From IMG/VR virus record IMGVR_UViG_3300033177_000258: DNA of 64,000 nt; one strand, written 5' to 3'. A program made the translations under genes and the position numbers. A model generated the notes under the pieces. The model saw only the letters and a program-made list of their open reading frames with translations, did not search any database and was not told where the DNA came from. Source of the stretch: a virus. Taxonomy: Duplodnaviria > Caudoviricetes. Below, one piece after another: positions 1 through 9,331 of the stretch (position 1 is its first letter; the number at the start of each line of letters is the position of its first letter).

Positions 1-1
1 C

Positions 2-361
2 TGGCCGGTTGAGATTCCCTATCGTCTCATTCGCATGCACAGCTTCGTGGGCGACGTGATAGTTGACCCGTTTACCGGAAGTGCCGGTACTCAACTGGCC
101 GCCGCCAGTTGCGGCCGGCACTCATTGGGAGTGGAGAAACATGAGCAATACTGGCCCGACGCCCGGCACCGCTGCGGAGGCTCTGAGTTCATTGGCTATT
201 CCAACCTCCGGCGATTCGATGACCCTGCCGGCGCCGTCCGATATGTCTTCGACGGAGGAGTTGGACCGGGGGCACCAGCAGATGAGGGTGGTGCTGCTCC
301 ACTACCGCTTGCCACTGCATCAACAGCCAGGGACCCTGGCGATGACATCATCTCAGCTTGA
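2..361 (+). CDS. DNA N4-C/N6-A methyltransferase, C-terminal part (runs off the window start)
   Basis: PVEIPYRLIRMHS...GDVIVDPFTGSAGT...GRHSLGVE = SAM-binding motif I (DPFxGSG) of beta-class MTases. Confidence 0.75.
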   Translation, partial: WPVEIPYRLIRMHSFVGDVIVDPFTGSAGTQLAAASCGRHSLGVEKHEQYWPDARHRCGGSEFIGYSNLRRFDDPAGAVRYVFDGGVGPGAPADEGGAAPLPLATASTARDPGDDIISA

Positions 362-671
362 CGGTCTGCAAACCGAGCTCGAAATGCTCAAGGTCCGGGC
401 CAAGTCCTGGGCCGCCAAACTGGAAGACGAGTTCAGTGCTGAGAAGGCACGGGCCATGATGAAGGCCCGGAACGAAGAGGGACTCAAGAACGCAGAAGAG
501 CGGCAAGCCTGGGTTTCAGCCCAGGTCCAGCCGACGCAGGAGCGCCTGACCCGAGCCCAGTCCTGGCTCAACCTCTACTCGGGCGCCTGCAAGGTCATTG
601 AGACGCGCGTAACCCTGCTTGCTTTGCAGGCATCTGGTGTGCGCTCGAACGCTTCGCTTGGAGGAGCATGA
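219..671 (+). CDS. Hypothetical coiled-coil protein, possibly a UvsY-like recombination mediator; start uncertain
   Basis: Part of ORF 63..671; helical composition; stop overlaps the recA start (ATGA). Confidence 0.45.
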   Translation: MTLPAPSDMSSTEELDRGHQQMRVVLLHYRLPLHQQPGTLAMTSSQLDGLQTELEMLKVRAKSWAAKLEDEFSAEKARAMMKARNEEGLKNAEERQAWVSAQVQPTQERLTRAQSWLNLYSGACKVIETRVTLLALQASGVRSNASLGGA

Positions 672-1855
672 TGGCTCGAAAGTCAAAGAAAACAGAAGAA
701 GAAGTACCAGTGGTTGAAGAGCCGAAAGAAGGAGCGCGCCCGTTTGCGGACGCGGCCCAGACCTACACGGTCGGTTCAATGGATGACGACGACTTCGTGA
801 CGTTCTGCTTCCTGAGCACCGGCGTGCCGGCTGTGGACCTCATCCTCAAGGGCGGCTACCCCTGCGGCGTGTTCTGCCAGGTCTACGGCGAAGACCGCTC
901 AGGGAAGACGCTCATGTCGTTGAGAGCCGCCCGCGAGGCCCTGCTGATGGACCCGGAGGCGTGGGTGCTCTACATTGACAGCGAGCACAGCATCACTCGG
1001 GAGCTGTGCATCCTGAACGACTTCGAGCCCGACCAGCTCAAGCGTCTCTACGTGGTGCACACGGCGGTCCTGGAGGATACCCTGCGCTGGATGAAGACGG
1101 CGCTGACGGGTGACTACTCGGACTTCCCCGAAGGCGCGCGGCCCCCGGTCAAAGCTCTGGTTGAGCAGCTCAAGCGCCCGCCCGCCCTCATCGTCTGGGA
1201 CAGCGTGGCGACCGCCATCACGTCCAACGACTACGAAGCTGACCCCGGCAAGCAGGTGGGCTACTCCGGCGTTGCCAAGGTCATGCCCCGCCGCCTGCCG
1301 GCCATCGCGGCCTACGCCTTCCACGCCAAGGTCCCCATCCTGCTGACGAACCAGGCGCGCGAGAGCCTGGACATCTTCGACAAGGAAATGAAGTTCTCGG
1401 GCGGCAAGCATCTGCGCCACACGCACTTCACCCGCCTCCTGCTGGACCGCTATCTGGACAAGAAGACCAACATCTCGACCCACAAGGTCCAGGTGTCCAA
1501 GAGCAAGCTTGTCGGCGACGGCATCCAGACGGAGTTCGTGTTCGCGCCCGAGACCGGGTTCGACTACATTGACGCCATCATCAACGGGGTGGCTCTGCCG
1601 CTCGGCATCGTCACCAAGGCCGGCGCCTACTACCAGTGGCGCGGTCAGTCTTTCTACCTCAAGGATGCGCTCACGAAGCTCGGCGCGCAGATAAAGGACC
1701 TGGTAGCGGACATCCGCGCCGCCAGCGGCATCCCCCTGCTGGGCGGCCGCAGTCTCGACAGGTTCATTGAGAAGCGCTTGGCTTCCATCAAGGAGGCGGA
1801 AGACGGTGGTGGCGACAACGAGTTCGCCGAAGAGCCAGGAGAGGGCGCCGAGTAG
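668..1855 (+). CDS. recA: RecA/UvsX-like recombinase
   Basis: LSTG..AVDLIL.GGYP.G, Walker A GEDRSGKT, YIDSEH, IVWDSVA, LLTNQ.R, SGGKHL, KAGAYY. Confidence 0.93.
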   Translation: MMARKSKKTEEEVPVVEEPKEGARPFADAAQTYTVGSMDDDDFVTFCFLSTGVPAVDLILKGGYPCGVFCQVYGEDRSGKTLMSLRAAREALLMDPEAWVLYIDSEHSITRELCILNDFEPDQLKRLYVVHTAVLEDTLRWMKTALTGDYSDFPEGARPPVKALVEQLKRPPALIVWDSVATAITSNDYEADPGKQVGYSGVAKVMPRRLPAIAAYAFHAKVPILLTNQARESLDIFDKEMKFSGGKHLRHTHFTRLLLDRYLDKKTNISTHKVQVSKSKLVGDGIQTEFVFAPETGFDYIDAIINGVALPLGIVTKAGAYYQWRGQSFYLKDALTKLGAQIKDLVADIRAASGIPLLGGRSLDRFIEKRLASIKEAEDGGGDNEFAEEPGEGAE

Positions 1856-1859
1856 AGGG

Positions 1860-2117
1860 CTGAAGCCCCACAAGACGCTTCGCTTCTACCTTTGGCTTGT
1901 ACAGCAGGGTAGGTGCATCTGGTGCAAGCGCAATCACCCGTTCGGGACGACGACGTTGGAACACATCCATCCCAAAAGCGAACAAGGGGCACTCGGGGTA
2001 AGCAACCTGGCGGTGGCTTGCCCCGAGTGCAACAGTTCGCGCCGACAACAGCCTTCATCGCAGAAAGGTTCTCCGAATGTCTCAACGTCAACAGCTCCTG
2101 GATGCAACCAGGGCTAA
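1860..2117 (+). CDS. Small free-standing HNH endonuclease; start uncertain
   Basis: QQGRCIWC...TLEHIHPKSEQG....SNLAVACPECNSSR. Confidence 0.8.
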   Translation: MKPHKTLRFYLWLVQQGRCIWCKRNHPFGTTTLEHIHPKSEQGALGVSNLAVACPECNSSRRQQPSSQKGSPNVSTSTAPGCNQG

Positions 2118-3366
2118 GGTTTTCAACTGCAAGTTGTGCCCGCTTCGCGAGCATGCGAAGCAGACCGTGTGGGGGGAAGGCCCTATTGACGCTCCGGTCT
2201 TCATCATCGGTGAAGCGCCGGGAGCGGACGAAGACGAGCAGGGGCGCCCGTTCGTGGGCCGTGCTGGCAAGGTGCTCGATGACGCGCTGAAGACAGCGGG
2301 GCTCGACCGCCAGGCACTCTATGTGGACAATGTGCTGTCATGTCGTCCTCCGAACAACAGCTTCCCGGATGACCCGACTCCGGTCCAGTCTTGCCTGCCC
2401 TACCTCAACGACAATCTCGCCGCCGTGCTGCCCGAAGTAGCTGTGGTGCTGGGCGCCAACGCCTACAAGTCCATCTTCGACGGCCGCCCGCAGATGATGA
2501 TGAGCAAGACGCGGGGCACCGTGTTCATGCACCAGTTCTTCGCCAACGGCCGACCGCTGGCGCTGCCGATGGTGCTGAGCTACCACCCCTCATACGTCGC
2601 ACGCCGGGGCGGCTCAGACACGCGCGAGTACCGCGAGCTGGTCGAAGACATCAAGTTTGCTGCAACGCTAGCGGAGACCAGGCGCCAAGTCCCGGAAATC
2701 TTCGCCGGTGTCGTTACCTCGCTGCCGGAGCCCGTTCAGGCGGTTACGCGCGCGGCGCTGGAGCGGGCCCCCGATACCTTCACCAAAGCCCCCGCGTCAT
2801 CATCCGGCAAGCATCACCCCGCATGGGCCAACGAAGATGGCGGCCTGCTGTCGCATAGCCTGGGCGTGTCCTACATCGCCGGGGAAATCGCCGCCCGGAT
2901 GGGCGAGGAGCAGTTCGTTACCATCTTGCGCGCGGCCGGCCTGCTGCACGACCTCATTAAGTGGGGTTACGGGAGCCAGGGGTACAAGAGCGACTACAAG
3001 CATCACGAGGCAATATCTTCTGGTTTCGTGGCAGCGGTTGCTGACCGGATGGGCCTGTACGAAGACGGCAACGTCTTGCGTCTACTCTGCGCCATCGGCA
3101 CCCACGCGGGCCAGTGGGGCGACAACCGCCCGCGCATCTGGTATGAGTTGGCGCTGCATCTCGGCGACTTGCTCATGTCCAACAAGAACATGCCCGACCC
3201 CCTGCACATTTCGGTAGTCACACAGGACGCCAAAGAGGCGCTCACTGAGCTCTCGCGCATCCAGGACTACAGCTCCATACCGCGCTCTGCTGAAGCGATA
3301 GATGCTGCGCGCGCCGTCGTTACCGCCCTGCGGCCGGGCTTTGCTCGTTCGCTACTCAGAAAGTGA
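2077..3366 (+). CDS. Uracil-DNA glycosylase (family 4) fused to an HD-domain hydrolase
   Basis: CKLCPL, GEAPGADED..GRPFVGRAG, CRPPNN, YHPSY; C-terminal KHHP...GGLLSH...LLHDLIK...HAGQW...LHLGD. Confidence 0.88.
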   Translation: MSQRQQLLDATRAKVFNCKLCPLREHAKQTVWGEGPIDAPVFIIGEAPGADEDEQGRPFVGRAGKVLDDALKTAGLDRQALYVDNVLSCRPPNNSFPDDPTPVQSCLPYLNDNLAAVLPEVAVVLGANAYKSIFDGRPQMMMSKTRGTVFMHQFFANGRPLALPMVLSYHPSYVARRGGSDTREYRELVEDIKFAATLAETRRQVPEIFAGVVTSLPEPVQAVTRAALERAPDTFTKAPASSSGKHHPAWANEDGGLLSHSLGVSYIAGEIAARMGEEQFVTILRAAGLLHDLIKWGYGSQGYKSDYKHHEAISSGFVAAVADRMGLYEDGNVLRLLCAIGTHAGQWGDNRPRIWYELALHLGDLLMSNKNMPDPLHISVVTQDAKEALTELSRIQDYSSIPRSAEAIDAARAVVTALRPGFARSLLRK

Positions 3367-3377
3367 GGGCTTGACCT

Positions 3378-3998
3378 ATGCAGTACAGCGGCACCCCCAT
3401 CATGGCCCTGGAGGCCCCGAGCCAAGAGCGCCTGATTGAGGCGTTCTGGTCATCCGGCTTGTGTGCGCTTCAGGTGGTGAACCCGAAAGTCTTTGCGCGC
3501 CCTTTGCCGGCGCAAGAGGGCGAGCACAACGCCGTGCACGACGCCGCGTCGGCGGCCCTGCGGTCCAGCACATTGTCTCGCTACGTCGCGCTGGACATGA
3601 CCCATAACGTAGAGCCGGAGACGATGGCGGCTGCCGTCGCGCTTTGCATGGTCACGCAGGCCGAGCTCCTCGTGGTCTCCGAGTACGGCCACTTCCCCAT
3701 GCTCTTCCGGCAACTGCTGCAGGTGAATGAAGTCGCCGACGCCGACGCACTCATTGCACTCGCTGGTCAGCTACTAGGTAAGGACCACGAAGAGCGACGC
3801 ATGAACATCCCCCTGATGGCGACGCTCTCCCTGCCGGTTGAGGGCGCGGGCGGCGTATCGCTCGGGGACGCGGACAAGGTGATGGAGCTCCTGCGTCTCG
3901 CGTTCAACAACGCGGCGAACATCAAGCCGGCCCCGGACCACATCATCATCCACGCCATGGCCAGTGTGGTCATGCCGAAACCCCTGTTGGAGGGCTAA
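3378..3998 (+). CDS. Hypothetical protein
   Basis: 206-aa ORF in operon, phage-like codon usage. Confidence 0.6.
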   Translation: MQYSGTPIMALEAPSQERLIEAFWSSGLCALQVVNPKVFARPLPAQEGEHNAVHDAASAALRSSTLSRYVALDMTHNVEPETMAAAVALCMVTQAELLVVSEYGHFPMLFRQLLQVNEVADADALIALAGQLLGKDHEERRMNIPLMATLSLPVEGAGGVSLGDADKVMELLRLAFNNAANIKPAPDHIIIHAMASVVMPKPLLEG

Positions 3999-3999
3999 C

Positions 4000-4827
4000 A
4001 TGGAACTGCACGTCTTTGGCACCCAAGAAACCATCCACCTCTCGTACAGCGAGATTCCGTGGGATGTAGACACGAAGCAGCGCACCGACCTGGACCCCGG
4101 CACCGGCGAACCCATGATGGAGTTCGTGCTCGACGCCGATGGCAAGATGAAGCGAGACGAAAACCTCAACCCGCTGATGCGGGCGGCGGACGGTAGCGAA
4201 GTCCCGGTGAAGACCGACGTGTGGGTCGAGAACCGCGCTTTCACCGTCCCCTTCGGCCCCTGCTGCATCAACCAGGAAGTCAAGCAGACGCAGTACGCCG
4301 ACCGCCCCGACGTGCAGGTCTGTCGCGGCACCTGCTGCCGCCAGCCGGTCTCAGTGAAGGTTAGCACCATCGCGGCCATCCTCAAGCACATGGATGGCAT
4401 CCTCAAGCACATGCCCCCGGCGAACGCGAAGCTGGCTTCGCTGGCGAGCCCGTTCCGCCACGAGTCCATCCGCCCGATGCCCGATGGCTCCTGTATCTTC
4501 TGGAACCCGGTCAACGGCCAGTGCGCGCTGTACAACTACGCCCAGGCCAACGGCCTGGATGTGAACCGCCTGCGGCCCATCCCATGCTCGCTGTTCCCCC
4601 TGCAGATTCAGGCCGGCTGGCTCGACCAGACCCCGCGCTACTTCGCGATGTTCATTGACCCCATCGTGATGCAGCAGCACAACATCGCCTGCCCCACGGC
4701 CGGCAATGGTGCCTGCAAGCCGGCGTACCTGAGCCTGAAGCGCGAGTTCGACACCGCCTTCGGGGAAGGCTTCTGGGAGGTCATGGTAGACGTGTATGAG
4801 CGGCACTTCAGACCAAAGCACGAGTAG
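4000..4827 (+). CDS. Cysteine-cluster protein (YkgJ/DUF3109-like)
   Basis: CRGTCC, GSCIF...CALY...RPIPCSLFPL; RBS GGAGGG. Confidence 0.7.
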   Translation: MELHVFGTQETIHLSYSEIPWDVDTKQRTDLDPGTGEPMMEFVLDADGKMKRDENLNPLMRAADGSEVPVKTDVWVENRAFTVPFGPCCINQEVKQTQYADRPDVQVCRGTCCRQPVSVKVSTIAAILKHMDGILKHMPPANAKLASLASPFRHESIRPMPDGSCIFWNPVNGQCALYNYAQANGLDVNRLRPIPCSLFPLQIQAGWLDQTPRYFAMFIDPIVMQQHNIACPTAGNGACKPAYLSLKREFDTAFGEGFWEVMVDVYERHFRPKHE

Positions 4828-4854
4828 GCTCACGGCGCTTTTCAGGTATATTCC

Positions 4855-5120
4855 GCAAGACGACGGCGACGGTAGACCCGCGCGGGACGAGTCAGAAGTG
4901 CTCGCGGTGTGGGCACGTTGCGCGGGGCAACCGCGTCAGCCAGTCAGAGTTCCAGTGCCAGAAGTGCGGCTTTCGAATCAACGCTGACCTCAACGCGGGA
5001 CGGAATGTGAAGGGGAAGTACCTGGTCCGAGAGGGCAGCGCCGTCTCGGGCGGGCCGCGTCAACCGGCCTAATGCAGCGTGTTGTTTGCGGCTGCAAGCT
5101 GCCTTCGGGTAGTGGTTGAC
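4855..5120 (+). mobile_element. Orphan tnpB 3'-end/omega-RNA cassette, cognate to TnpB 43960-45066
   Basis: Near-identical to the reverse complement of ~43905-44176 (KTTATVDPRGTSQKCSRC...NADLNAGRNV); ends ...GCTGCAAGC-hairpin-GGTTGAC. Confidence 0.88.
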
Positions 5121-5158
5121 GGTGGATGTTTACTACTATTGGCTTTGTGTAGAACGTA

Positions 5159-5596
5159 ATGTTCACAACGGGAATATCCCAATTGTTGGCTACCGCTAGC
5201 GAACGCGTGTCCACGCCCGAGGGTCTGTTCGCGGCTCTTGGGCGCCTGGAGACGTTCATCGTGGAGCTCTCAGAGTCGCTGAGCGAGAGCAAACCCGAGC
5301 ACGCCGTCGCCGCCGCGTTTCTTTCGGACGATGACATCGTGTCGGCTGTCCGCAGTATGTGCGCCGAGTATCTTCTCTCGGCCTGGTTCATGGGCAGCCT
5401 CAACGAAGCCATCAAGTCCAACTCGATTCCGTCGCAGCGCTTCACACCAGACGCCATTGTGAAAGCCATGACCAAGTTGCAGCGTATGGCCAAGCCGGTG
5501 GGCGAGACGGGAGCGAAGGTCGAGCAAGCCCTGGAAGCACTCATGCCCGCAGAAGGCACCGCAGCACCAGTTGCACTATCCGAGAAAGGATTGTAG
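5159..5596 (+). CDS. Hypothetical protein
   Basis: 145-aa ORF in operon. Confidence 0.55.
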   Translation: MFTTGISQLLATASERVSTPEGLFAALGRLETFIVELSESLSESKPEHAVAAAFLSDDDIVSAVRSMCAEYLLSAWFMGSLNEAIKSNSIPSQRFTPDAIVKAMTKLQRMAKPVGETGAKVEQALEALMPAEGTAAPVALSEKGL

Positions 5597-5612
5597 CCAG
5601 AGAGGAATCGCA

Positions 5613-8231
5613 ATGTCAAACAAAGTGGATAAGAGCCCGGTCGTCAGCACGTCTGTCCGTAGTCTCGCTGCCGCCATCGGCGTCAAGGAGCTGGATGTCT
5701 CGATTGCCAAGATGGCGTTCGTGCAGGGCATGAAGCGCGAGCAGATTTCCACCGCGCTCGGGCTCAGTTTCCGCAACGTGCAGGCCCGTCTGCACACGTT
5801 CGCGCAGTTCCATAAGGCGGCCGACATGCCCCCCGTGGACGCCGTTGATGCGCTGATGGGAATGCACGACGACGACCTTGAGTACACCCCGCCTGCCGAG
5901 CGCTACCGCAAGCGGCTTCAGGCGCAGGCACAGGCCATTGCCCGCCTGCACGAGTCGCTCAACAAGCGACAGGTTGTCATTGACAACGTGGTCGCGGCCC
6001 TCGTCGCCGAGCTGGGCACCTACGACCCGTCTCCCTATACGCCCATCCCGATGGAGGGCCGCAAGGGCCGGCCCGAGTACGCCATGCTGGAGCTCAGCGA
6101 CTGGCAGTTCGGGTCGAACTGGACTGGCGAAGACGTGGCCGGTCTGAACGAAATGAGCACCACCATCCTGGAGCAGCGCGTCGAACTGCTGACCCAGCGC
6201 GTGCTCCACCTCATTGACCTGCAGCGCTCCGCCGTGAACATCCCATGGCTGGTCATCAACGCCCTGGGCGACTTCATCGAGAACGAAATCATCTGGGAGA
6301 GCCAGGGCACGTACATTGATATGAACGCCTCCGACCAGATGATGGCGTGCCTAGAGTCCATGGAGAAGATGATGGTGACGTTCCTCCAGCACGGCGGCTT
6401 CGAGGAAATTAGGATGTACTGTTTCCCCGCTGGCACGCCGGTCCTAATGGGCGACCTCAAGCAGAAGCCCATCGAGGATGTGTCGGTAGGGGATGAGGTC
6501 ATCACGCACACGGGAGCGAGGAGAAAGGTTACTCGCACCGGCTCCCGTATTGCTGGTTCGGTCGTATCCATCGAAGCGGAGGGTTTGCCCAAGGCCATCA
6601 ATGCGACTCCCGAGCACCCATTCTTCGCCATAAAGGGCGACGGGGTGGTTTGTGCTCGCTACCCATCTTTCCAGAAGATGGGACGACGTTGTTGGCTACA
6701 AGAGCGCGACGTAGAGCACCACCCATGTTGCAGTTGCAATTCCAGACCCAATCCCAAGGCGGAGTGGGTGAAAGCGGCCGACCTCGTAGAGGGGGATTAC
6801 TTGCTGGTTCCCACTACGTCGGGCTTGGTGGACAACCCGACCCCAATTGGCCCTGACCACGATGCCTTCTCTGGGTGTGTTGTGCGGCGATACGGAGAGA
6901 GGTTTTCGGTTAGCAACTCGGAGCGCGCAGCCATGCAGGAACGTATGGGTGAGGTCAAGTCCATGCTGCCATTCGAGTTCTCTCCCCGCAATATGCGCAT
7001 ACTTGGTTTGTGGGTGGCAGAGGGTAGTGTGGGGGGTCCGACTGAGGGACAGCCCAATTCGCTCAGCTTCTCGTTCGGGGCGCATGAGGCGGAAACGCTG
7101 GCGCGCGATGTCGTTGAGTGGGCGCGGGATATGGGGGTGTCTAATGAAGACATCCGGCAGAACCTCCAAAATGAGAATAAATCTGCATTGGTAGTTACCC
7201 TGAACAACACGATGCTAGCCCGTCTCTTTGTCTACCTGGCCGGGAAGGGGGCAGCGGAGAAGAGCCTCCATTCGTCGCTGCTGATGATGGACCCATCGCT
7301 CCAACGGGAGCTGCTGATGGGCATGTGTGACGGCGACGGGACACGCTATGAGAAGGGGGCTTGTAGGGGTGCGCATCTGCGCTACTACACAGTATCGTCT
7401 TCACTGGCTGAAGACGCCAGGAGATTGGCTCTTCGCTGTGGTTTCCTGACATCTAATCAGGTGAGTGAGAGAGGAGACGGTCGTCTGCCCCAGCATTCCG
7501 TATGCCTCTCCCACCCGGATATCCCAGGTTCGGGGGACGGGAACGCGGGGAGGACGAAGCGTTGGGGAGGGTACATCGCGTTGCCCATCAGACAGATAAC
7601 GGCGGAGACCGCCGAGACTGTGGTATACAACCTGGAAGTCGAGATTGACCACTCGTATGTGGCAGGAGATGCTGCTGTTCACAACTGCGTGGCAGGTAAC
7701 CACGGCAGAATGGGAAAGAAACCAAACTCTATGCACTGGAAGAACAACTGGGACTTCCTGCTGTACCGCTTCCTGGCGCGCCGCTTCAAGAACGAGCCCC
7801 GCGTCAAGTTCATCATCGGCACGTCGCCCTGGCTCGCCTACCGGCTGCCGCAGGCCCCGCGCTGGAACCACGTCATCCTGCACGGAGACACCATCCCGAA
7901 CAACCTGGGCATCCCGTACTACGGCATCAACCGCGAGGTCGCCAAGATGGCAACCCTGACGAACATGCCGGTGCACCTGGTCCACCTCGGCCACTTCCAC
8001 CAGCCGTCCATCCTGGACAACACCTACGGCGCCAAAATCATCAACGGCTGTCTCACCGGCGCCTCGCCGTTCTCAGTGGGCAAGTTGCTGATGGGTGGCC
8101 TGCCGCAGCAGTTGCTGTTCGGCGTTCACCCGGAACACGGGCGCACCTGGAACTACCCGGTGCTGCTCGCCAACATGCCGGAAGTCACTGCCGATGACGA
8201 AGGCGTCTACTCGTCCTACGTCGAGGAGTAG
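5613..8231 (+). CDS. Calcineurin-like metallophosphoesterase with N-terminal HTH/coiled coil, intein-containing
   Basis: LSDWQFG, LGDFIE, GNHGR, LHGD, LGHFH motifs; RBS GAGGA. Confidence 0.85.
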   Translation: MSNKVDKSPVVSTSVRSLAAAIGVKELDVSIAKMAFVQGMKREQISTALGLSFRNVQARLHTFAQFHKAADMPPVDAVDALMGMHDDDLEYTPPAERYRKRLQAQAQAIARLHESLNKRQVVIDNVVAALVAELGTYDPSPYTPIPMEGRKGRPEYAMLELSDWQFGSNWTGEDVAGLNEMSTTILEQRVELLTQRVLHLIDLQRSAVNIPWLVINALGDFIENEIIWESQGTYIDMNASDQMMACLESMEKMMVTFLQHGGFEEIRMYCFPAGTPVLMGDLKQKPIEDVSVGDEVITHTGARRKVTRTGSRIAGSVVSIEAEGLPKAINATPEHPFFAIKGDGVVCARYPSFQKMGRRCWLQERDVEHHPCCSCNSRPNPKAEWVKAADLVEGDYLLVPTTSGLVDNPTPIGPDHDAFSGCVVRRYGERFSVSNSERAAMQERMGEVKSMLPFEFSPRNMRILGLWVAEGSVGGPTEGQPNSLSFSFGAHEAETLARDVVEWARDMGVSNEDIRQNLQNENKSALVVTLNNTMLARLFVYLAGKGAAEKSLHSSLLMMDPSLQRELLMGMCDGDGTRYEKGACRGAHLRYYTVSSSLAEDARRLALRCGFLTSNQVSERGDGRLPQHSVCLSHPDIPGSGDGNAGRTKRWGGYIALPIRQITAETAETVVYNLEVEIDHSYVAGDAAVHNCVAGNHGRMGKKPNSMHWKNNWDFLLYRFLARRFKNEPRVKFIIGTSPWLAYRLPQAPRWNHVILHGDTIPNNLGIPYYGINREVAKMATLTNMPVHLVHLGHFHQPSILDNTYGAKIINGCLTGASPFSVGKLLMGGLPQQLLFGVHPEHGRTWNYPVLLANMPEVTADDEGVYSSYVEE
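6420..7685 (+). mobile_element. Intein (422 aa) with LAGLIDADG homing endonuclease
   Basis: Y|CFPAGT...ATPEHPF...LGLWVAEGS...LLMGMCDGDG...VYNLEV..DHSYVA...VHN|C. Confidence 0.92.
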
Positions 8232-8234
8232 GGG

Positions 8235-8263
8235 TTGACGGCCGTCCTTCTTTGTGGTAGAGT
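8235..8263 (+). promoter_or_regulatory. Sigma-70-type promoter
   Basis: TTGACG-N17-TAGAGT upstream of the radical SAM gene. Confidence 0.55.
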
Positions 8264-8296
8264 GTCCAAAGCAACTTAACACTCCGGGAGGGAGTA

Positions 8297-9331
8297 ATGA
8301 GCATCTGTGCAGTGCCATGGTTCAGGATGGAAGTTCACGAAAACCGTCTGTGCCCGTGCAACCTCATCCATCCTCAGCTCTTCTGGCACGCTAAGCGGAG
8401 CCGTTACTGGGACTTCCTGGAAGACGGTGTGAAGCCGCTGGTGAACAGCTTGCAGTACCAGCAGTTCAGGACCAGCATGGCAGCGACCGAAGCGGAGGGT
8501 GCCTGTGGCGCCGAACGACGTTGTGGCGCCCCCTCCGCCTTTCCCAACCTTCCCGTCCACGCGCTCCCGTCTATCGCGGAGAACTACCGCCTCGTCAAAG
8601 AGGATTGGGAAGCGCGCAGCCCTATTCTGCGCGGCGTCCCTCCGGTGTGGACAGTCTCTACTGGCGCGCGTTGTGACATGCGCTGTGTAATGTGTCCCAT
8701 TGACCACAGTCTGGACATCCCGCCGCTTACGACAGATGCGGCGACGCAGCTTCGAGAAGCGGCCGAACTAGCGCTCAACTGGACGGTAGTTGGGGGCGAG
8801 CCACTTCATTCCCCTGCGGCTGTCCTGGATTCGATTCTTCCCACACCTCACCCCTGCCGGAAGGTGATGATGCTCACGTCTCTTTCGGCGCCGACAGATG
8901 TGGTCGCGGCCATCATTGACCGGCTCACGCACATCACGGTCTCGTTGTGCGCCCCCTCCGAGCGCATCTACAACAAGGTGCAGGTGGGCGGGAACTTCCG
9001 TTGGGTCATGGACAACATCCAGCTTGCGGTCCCCCGGACCATAGCCGACTGCTCTCAGATTATCATGGCCTCCACCCTGCCCACCCTGGCGTACATGGGC
9101 CCGTTCCTGGACGACCTCGGGTTCCAGTTCTTGACCCCGACGCCCATGGTTAACATCAAGGGGCCCGATGAGGAGGACATCTTCGGCAAAGCTGCGACGG
9201 ACGCGACGACCCGAGAACTCATTCGCCAAAGAGAGCTGGCTGAAGAGTTGACGGCGGGGCGGAACATAGTCTGTAATTGGGGCATCTTCGATTCTGCCCT
9301 ATTGAGACTCAGGACACGGTTCAACCTATGA
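8297..9331 (+). CDS. Radical SAM protein with N-terminal SPASM/twitch-like Cys region
   Basis: CDMRCVMC motif, GGEPL. Confidence 0.8.
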   Translation: MSICAVPWFRMEVHENRLCPCNLIHPQLFWHAKRSRYWDFLEDGVKPLVNSLQYQQFRTSMAATEAEGACGAERRCGAPSAFPNLPVHALPSIAENYRLVKEDWEARSPILRGVPPVWTVSTGARCDMRCVMCPIDHSLDIPPLTTDAATQLREAAELALNWTVVGGEPLHSPAAVLDSILPTPHPCRKVMMLTSLSAPTDVVAAIIDRLTHITVSLCAPSERIYNKVQVGGNFRWVMDNIQLAVPRTIADCSQIIMASTLPTLAYMGPFLDDLGFQFLTPTPMVNIKGPDEEDIFGKAATDATTRELIRQRELAEELTAGRNIVCNWGIFDSALLRLRTRFNL

